A stretch of DNA of 64,000 bases, from the NCBI GenBank assembly GCA_043228905.1, contig JBHGNT010000005.1, positions 22,134,001-22,198,000 on the forward strand, given 5' to 3'. Source of the stretch: Azolla caroliniana (Eukaryota > Plantae > Polypodiophyta). The translations under genes were made by a program, and so were the position numbers. Positions 62,114-64,000 of this stretch are shown here, piece by piece; position 1 is the stretch's first letter, and every line of letters starts with the position of its first letter. The notes under the pieces are model-generated. The model ran no database searches. It was not told the DNA's origin and worked only from the letters and a program-made list of their open reading frames with translations.

Positions 62114-63332
62114 TACGCACATAACACACATCTATTCCGCTTCACAAGAATCCATCTCTTGATTCTTTACAACAATAAAATGGTACAGATTTGCCTCGGA
62201 GGCTTAACACCTAAGTTCGGAGTCATTCGGTCAACAATCCTCGCAAGGGAAAATCCTCCCTCCTTCGATTTCTAGTCGATGTTTCTGGTCGAGGAGAATC
62301 ATGTTTGAACAAAAAGCAATGTGCAAGAAGGACAAATACTCTATTTGAACTTCGATGGAGGAAGAGGACAAGGTCATGGAAGAAGAGGTTGATTCAGCCA
62401 AAGCCAACACAACCAAGAGCAACCCCGAGAACATAATTTGTACTACCGACCAGACGTTTCGAACGCGCGAGGCGGAGCGTTTGGAAGAAGGGGGAGCAAT
62501 CATGTTGGACCCATCCGACAAAACAATCCTGCCCAATGAAGACACTGTGGTAAATTCAGCCACTATGCAGCAAAGTGTCGGAAAAAGAAGAGTGAGTCAG
62601 CCTCCACAAGCCAACAACTCACAAACTACACTTCCAACTCCAACTACGACAATCGCGGCGGAATGTTTGTGATGAGGCATAGCGCGAACTCGATGACAAC
62701 CTCCAACCCGACCAACACCTCCAAACCAAAAGATGTATGGTTTGTCGACTCAAGCGCATCCAACCACATGACGTCTCATGAGGATTGGTTCCGAGATCTA
62801 CAAAAGCCCAAATGGCCCAGCTATGTGGAAACTGGGAATGACACAATCCACCCCATTTAGCATGTTGGCAATGTCCCATTTGGGGAAGAAGGCAACCAAG
62901 CCTACATTAAGAATGGTCTACATGCTCCTACAATAACAAAGAACTTGGTCTCACTTGGCCAGATAGTCAAACAAGGCATGCAAGTCTGCGTCAACGATGG
63001 AGGATGCTTCATCAAAAAAGAAGGTTGACTTATCGTTCACGGTCAGAGAGAAGGTCAGATGTTCATCCTCGACTCTCACGAGATGAAATCGGAAATGTAT
63101 GCCAAGGGCCAGAAAGCCAACGCCGACATAGAGTTGTGGCACAAGAGGATAGGCCACATCAACCTCCAAAAGCTCAAAGGAATGCAGTTGAAAGGAAGCG
63201 TCGTCGGACTCCCGACTTTCACCAAAAAGGGATTGTATGCGTGTGCAAAGCTTGTTAATTCGCAAATAGCACTGACAACCATTCCCAAAGGAGAGGAACG
63301 TTGTCATGAAAAATCCGTCATTATGTGTGGAT
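56189..63332 (+). mobile_element. E7: Copia element (5' part), with an internal duplication and interrupted by E8
   Basis: LTR 56189-56611, iMet PBS at 56612 and again at 57245, gag MHQYLVGQGYW. It resumes at 62177 (MVQICLG, WFVDSSASNHMT, LWHKRIGHIN). Confidence 0.9.
57830..62171 (+). mobile_element. E8: RT-deleted Copia with an internal inversion
   Basis: LTRs 57830-58209 and 61748-62171, PBS TGGTATCAGAGC at 58210-58221, TSD ACAAT (57825-57829 and 62172-62176), integrase LRSDGGKEY at about 60190-60225. Confidence 0.95.
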
Positions 63333-63884
63333 TGTGAGGCGGAACTGCAGGGGTCTGTCCTAGACCTGAAGGATTCGAAGTTTGTACTAGCTTTAGTGAG
63401 AAAGTATTTAAGATAGATTGAGGGAGATTGATATGGAGAGAGAGAGATTGAGATAAAGATTGAACACTTGCCTTTAGATTTGAGAGACAAGATACATCAC
63501 CATTAGGATAACTTGATTTATTCTTATTATTTGTACTAATTTCTTCCCAATTTTTTCATTAGCCCCATCTTGCTTGACCTCCATTCTTTTATAGATCCCC
63601 CCATGCATATGATGCATGGGAGGGTGCAAGACATGCACGTAATGCATGAAATGCATGCGATGCATGTTTGCCATGTCACTCATCCAAGCTCTCATGTATG
63701 AGATTTTACATATGAAAAGTACAATGATAAAAGTATGACTCTAAAGTCATGACTTAGCTTAGTGGTAAGTCATGTGGCTCTTATGTAGGAGGTGCAAGTT
63801 TCAAATTCTTACTTACACCCCCGTAAACACAAAATTTTACAAGGCTTTAGTCTTGTATTTACAAATGTTTAACTGCATATTACA
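63333..63884 (-). repeat. Probable LTR related to the E1 LTR
   Basis: Contains the reverse complement of the CATGCATCGCATGCAT..CATATGCATGGGG block of the E1 LTR. Boundaries are guessed from TG..CA ends. Confidence 0.55.
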
Positions 63885-64000
63885 CCTTCAGTAGACCTCC
63901 AATGAACTGATGGAACCGTTAGACAATTTTGTTCGTTTCACACCGAAAAATCTTCAAGACACCGTGCGTCGCGATCAACCTATTCGACCGATCCGTCTGT

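Overview
Eukaryotic, plant-type heterochromatin made almost entirely of LTR retrotransposons; I see no host protein-coding gene. The element mix (Tcn1-like chromovirus, tRNA-Trp-primed non-chromovirus Gypsy, Copia) suggests a non-seed land plant, which is an inference. The labels E0-E8 and C1 are my own. Bases 3082-47773 are a six-level nest: Gypsy E0 > non-autonomous E1 > E2 > E3 > E4 > Copia C1. E3 also holds a three-LTR non-autonomous element (E5), and E1 also holds an intact young chromovirus. Most junctions are supported by LTR termini, PBS, PPT and target-site duplications (TSDs) read by eye. Bases 47774-56188 are AT-rich decayed DNA with a solo LTR and probable LINE relics; 56189-64000 is a Copia nested in a Copia, followed by another LTR. 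Main signals: (1) several LTR families, including two distant Gypsy lineages, carry an antisense tRNA-type A-box/B-box pair with exactly 32 nt spacing; (2) the tRNA-Trp Gypsy lineage makes 4-bp TSDs that are all centred on CpG; (3) that lineage has a conserved -1 frameshift signal with a pseudoknot after the protease; (4) the chromovirus has a self-priming PBS and its own -1 frameshift signal.
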